Of a stretch of 64,000 nt of DNA, positions 59,427 to 64,000 are shown piece after piece. Position numbers and translations under genes: made by a program. The notes under the pieces are model-generated. The model was not told where the DNA came from and did no database searches. It saw nothing but the letters and a program-made list of their open reading frames with translations. This DNA comes from Octopus vulgaris. Taxonomy: Eukaryota. Positions within the stretch are counted from its first letter, which is position 1; each line of letters starts with the position of its first letter. The DNA lies in assembly GCA_951406725.2 (NCBI GenBank), contig OX597824.1, forward strand, positions 69,750,001-69,814,000. Direction: 5' to 3'.

Positions 59427-59629
59427 CAGTAATCCCTCAACTATCGCGGGTGTTACGTTCCATCCCGACCCCATAGGTGAAAATCCACGAAGTAGAAACA
59501 GTACTGTACTGTATATTTTTTTAATAATTTTTATAATTTTTATATATTTATTTTATTATAAATGCAAAATACCACGGAGTAATCGACGTAAAGTTAAATA
59601 ATAAACCGCGATATGGCGAGAGATTATTG
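59427..59629. mobile_element. Pogo/Tigger-type MITE nested in the LINE
   Basis: TA|CAGTAATCCCTCAACTATCGCGG ... CCGCGATATGGCGAGAGATTATTG|TA; removing it rejoins the LINE frame (TKEYY|S). Confidence 0.88.
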
Positions 59630-60194
59630 TACAGCTGAATAAAGAAAATATAGAGCTCGGAACTTTCTGCATTCAATAAAACTGTGGTCCACAATGTATT
59701 TGCTGTGCCAGTATTCATACCAGCATTTTGGGCTTCTTGATTGGACGCTTGACGAGATCCGAGCCATTGATGTGGAAACCCGGAAGATACAAACCAGCGC
59801 GCATAATTCCCACATCAACAGTGACGTAGACCGCCTGTACCTAAAACGAAAACAAGGCGGCAGAGGCTTAACATCAATCCAGGCTGCCTTTGAATGTCAT
59901 ATCATATCCCATCGGCAATATCTTTTAATTACCAAGTGTCGAAGTGCAAGCCTTGACCAAGTTTGCATACATGAAGCTGATAACATCATGAGACTTGGAA
60001 AGCAGCATTTCTGGTCTTAATTACATACGCAAAGTCACATGATTCTACCGCAATATATCACCACATGAAAGGATGAGGGTATATCAGCAGAAGACCATGC
60101 ATGGATATGTTAAAAAACTCCGAGGAGATAGTAATATTGATCATGAAAGCAGTCTATCATGGACCAACAACCAGATTACCAACTCCCACTTTGA

Positions 60195-60397
60195 ATAATA
60201 TCTTTGGGTATAAAAATACCTATATTAGCTTTGTTGCATTTATATACTCATGCTATATTTAAGGCGTTATTATTTTTATGTGGTGGGAATATTATTCATT
60301 GTTATTGTGGTGCTCAGGATATTCGAGATATTAAAGGAGTTAGATATAATTTACCTTTTACTAGGATTATTCTTAATATTTCAAATATGGCGTTATG
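60195..60397 (+). pseudogene. ND5: NUMT: nuclear copy of a mitochondrial NADH dehydrogenase subunit 5 fragment
   Basis: In the invertebrate mitochondrial code it reads MMSLGMKMPMLALLHLYTHAMFKALLFLCGGNIIHCYCGAQDIRDIKGVSYNLPFTSIILNISNMAL, containing the ND5 HLxTHAxFKALLF...IH...QDIR...N.AL motifs. Confidence 0.93.
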
Positions 60398-61225
60398 AGG
60401 GTATGCGCTTTTGAAGGGTACGCGTTTTCAATCCAGGAACAGGAACTATCAGCTAAATACCTGATGCACAAAAGTGCTAGTGACACAGGAAAAGCAATAA
60501 TATGTGACAACCGATGCAGACTTTCTGGAGTTAACACCGAAGACACAACCCACATCAAAAGCAGTTGTCCGAAAATGACATCAGGGTATTATCTACTGAT
60601 GAGACATGATGTTGTAGCAAGGACATTGTATAATGAGATCTGTCGGAAGATTAACCCTGAGACCAAAGAAATAAGAACAGTATGGTAAAAGCCATAGCTA
60701 CTCATAATGAAAAGAAGTACTGGTTGATTGTCCCAATAATATGTAAAAATGACTTAGGATATAGAAGAGGAACTGTGTACAGTTTTGGAAATCAGCTGCC
60801 CGGCGTATGTTAATATAAAGCGAGAAAGGAAATACTTACGCTAAACTAATAAGGAATTTACAGCTACTTTATCCTGTAATTATTGGAGCACAGGGATATG
60901 TAACACACTGCTTAAATATCAATCTTAAGAAATTAGGCTTCTCAAAACCAGGAAGGAGAAAGCTGATTCGAAGACTACAGATCCAAGCCATCACTGGAAC
61001 TGTAACAATCTGCAAAACTTTCCAGAAGTTTATCATTTAAGTATATATGAGCATGTCTAGACATGCAACTATATGCGTGACGTTATACATAAAACAAAAC
61101 ATACAAATCTGCACATATACATGCATACATGCATACATACATGCATACATACATACATACATACATGCATACATGCATACATACATACATGCATGCATGC
61201 ATACATACATACATACATACATACA

Positions 61226-61258
<33 letters not shown>

Positions 61259-61411
61259 GCATGCATGCATACATACATACATACATACATATATACATGC
61301 ATGCATACATACATACATAATACATACATACATGCAAACATACATGCATACATGCATGCATACATACATACATACAAACATACATACATACATACATACA
61401 TACAATCATAC

Positions 61412-61442
<31 letters not shown>

Positions 61443-61680
61443 CATAAATACATACATATATACATACATACATACATACATACATACATACATACATACA
61501 TACATACATACATACATACATACATACATACATACATACATACATACATACATACATGCATGCATGCATGCTGGCATAGAAAAATAGCCTGTTGATGTGG
61601 AAATTCCAATGACGGAATCTAGGTTGGAAATCGGTTCTTTCTATGTTGGCAAGAAATCTTGAAATAAAACTGAATAATGG

Positions 61681-61729
<49 letters not shown>

Positions 61730-61876
61730 ACTTACATATGCGTGCACATCTGTGTGTGTAAGTGTGTGGGTGAGGTGGGGGTGGTGGCATGAGAGCGAAT
61801 GTGTAATCATAGACACATATTTTTGTATATATATATACATATATATACATACATACATATATATATATATATACAT

Positions 61877-61915
<39 letters not shown>

Positions 61916-62431
61916 TATATATATGAGACAGAAGTAGTTAAGGAAACGTAACTCCACTTATGATTACGCCTTTCCAAAGAGATGGAACAAGACTGCCTTA
62001 TTCAAACTCAGGATCTTTTACGCCCCACTCTCCAGCCACATACATATATAGTATGTATGTGTGCCTCTGCGTGTGTGTGTGTGTGTGTTTGTGTGTGTGT
62101 GTTTGTGTGTCTGTGTGTGTGTCTGTGTGTGTATATCCCATTCAGCACCACCAACACCGACATAAGAGCAAAAGAAAAAACATTTACACTTTTGCACAGA
62201 TGTTTCATCCTTATGAAACATATTTGTTTTGTTTTGTTTAGATTTTTTTAAAATATTTTTTTTAGTTTTCTTTTATTTCAATATTTTATATATATTTTTT
62301 CTTTAATATTGTTTAAATGATCTACTTTTGTACTTTCAAGAACACGCGTTGTGTTGCATCGTGCCTTTCTACTTAATCAGAGAGGAAATAGCAATAACTT
62401 TATGAATAATAAGAGACTTACACAGAGATAC

Positions 62432-62495
<64 letters not shown>

Positions 62496-62561
62496 TGTGT
62501 GTGTGTGCTTGTCTATACACACACACATACATATATGTATGTATGTATATATATATGTATA

Positions 62562-62606
<45 letters not shown>

Positions 62607-62609
62607 ATG

Positions 62610-62685
<76 letters not shown>

Positions 62686-62779
62686 GATAGATAGATAGAT
62701 AGTTAGATAGATAGACAGATAGATAGACAGATACATATATATGTATATATGTATGTATATATATGTATATATATATATA

Positions 62780-63145
62780 CTAGCAGTATCGCCCGGCGTT
62801 GCTCAGGTTTGTAAGGGAAATAACTATAAAGCATTTTTAGAGAGTTATCGCCAAAAAATGGAAAAAAATGATGGTAAATTTCTTTTGAGAGTAAAAAAAG
62901 GTGGAGTTGCGTCCCCTAGACGGTTTGTGTTTCTGATTCTCGACCCCATGTCGAATTTATCGATTTTTTTCAGAACTGGGGGAACTTTTCAAAATTTTCG
63001 CTGCGTTAGTTTTGAATTATGACATTGGGCTATGTGTGGGTCAAGTTTCATCAGAATCGGTTGAAAGCCGTGGTCAGGGTGAGGGTACAAGCAAACAGAC
63101 ACACAGAAACACGCACAGACAAACTGCCGTTTATATATAGAGAGA
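62780..63145 (-). mobile_element. Non-autonomous Helitron
   Basis: CTAGCAGTATCGCCCGGCGTTGCTCAGG end; its first ~65 bp are shared with the 13832 copy. Confidence 0.85.
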
Positions 63146-63188
63146 TATATACACATGCATATTTGTAAATGTATGAATGCGTGTGTGT

Positions 63189-63235
<47 letters not shown>

Positions 63236-63303
63236 TATGTGTGAGTGTGTATGTATATGTATGTATGTATGCATGTATACGTGTATGTATAATACAACAT
63301 GAA

Positions 63304-63352
63304 TCCAGAGGTTAGTACATCTGCACGGAGTGCAGATGTACTAACCTCTGGA
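63304..63352. repeat. Perfect 23-bp inverted repeat with 3-nt loop
   Basis: TCCAGAGGTTAGTACATCTGCAC-GGA-GTGCAGATGTACTAACCTCTGGA. Confidence 0.95.
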
Positions 63353-63609
63353 AGTCCTTAAGTTTGGGAAGTCCTTAAGTACAATTATACAGGATATCCA
63401 ACATAGCGAACCCAATATTTACTCATCAGATGGATTAAAGGGGATTGCTCACTCTAAGCAAACCTAGGTACTCCTTACAGCTCGATCCGGTCAGCCAGAA
63501 CCCGGATTATAACTGAGTGCTCGTACGGTACTCACCTGGATAAGTTATCCCTATCGGTTCATCGTATATATACTGTGTGTTTGTGTGTTGATTTGTATAT
63601 ATTTTTTTA

Positions 63610-63873
63610 TCTTTTACTTGTTTCAGTCATTAGATTGCGGCCAAGCTGGGGCACTGTCTTTCAGAATTTTAGTCGAATGAATCGACCCCAGCGATTTTTT
63701 TTTGTAGAATATGTACTGGTACTTACTCTATCGGTCTCTCTTGCTGAACCGTTAGGTTACGGGGGCGTAAGTGCACCAGGTGATGGTGTGGGAGAAATAC
63801 AAAGACACAGACAGACTGACAGACACACACACACACAAACACACACAGGCACGCACACACTCACACACACACA

Positions 63874-63909
<36 letters not shown>

Positions 63910-64000
63910 TTTATATATACAGTATATACGACGATCTTTCAGTTTCCGTCTACTAAATCCGCTCACAAGTCTTTGGTCGGCTCGAGGCTACAGAAGAAGA
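63610..64000 (-). mobile_element. SINE family A, runs off the window end
   Basis: Reverse-complement family A tail and middle. Confidence 0.85.

Larger units (their letters stand above)
58902..61680 (+). mobile_element. R4/Dong-like LINE, 5'-truncated and degraded (RT, CCHC knuckle, endonuclease region, probable 3'UTR)
   Basis: LQLAKVP...IF*GDSL...FVDDLKL...DIGLEFGQDKC...DVDRLYLKRKQGGRGL...CRLSGVNTEDTTHIKSSC...RHDVVA. ORF ends at 61040; AATAAA near 61665 precedes (CATA)n. The 3' boundary is inferred. Confidence 0.9.

Noticed and set aside
60204-60398. A functional ND5 gene or mitochondrial contig
   Set aside because: Only ~200 bp long and embedded in a nuclear LINE, so it is a NUMT.
63465-63525. 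Twister-like CCGGTC...CCCGGA motif
   Set aside because: It lacks the UAA cleavage loop and the complementary pseudoknot segments of twister.

Overview
AT-rich, microsatellite-saturated eukaryotic nuclear DNA with no intact host protein-coding gene; it is most likely intronic or intergenic. The SINE families and an ND5 NUMT that reads in the invertebrate mitochondrial code point to a coleoid cephalopod, probably Octopus (inferred, not proven). Almost all ORFs in the track are translated microsatellites. The real content is a transposon graveyard: many tRNA-derived SINEs of three families, five decayed mariner elements, RTE and R4/Dong-like LINE fragments, Helitrons, hAT and Tc1-type MITEs, and Penelope-like remnants. 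The strongest leads are: (1) a type I hammerhead ribozyme motif inside a near-perfect 76-bp inverted repeat (50612-50769); (2) a dispersed ~200-bp family with an ultra-minimal hammerhead whose core carries a fixed CUGUNGA (A6U) variant; (3) two different R4/Dong-like LINEs each flanked on both sides by (CATA)n, suggesting microsatellite targeting; (4) an indel-free 203-bp ND5 NUMT inserted cleanly into one of those LINEs. Family names are assigned from remembered motifs, with no database search.
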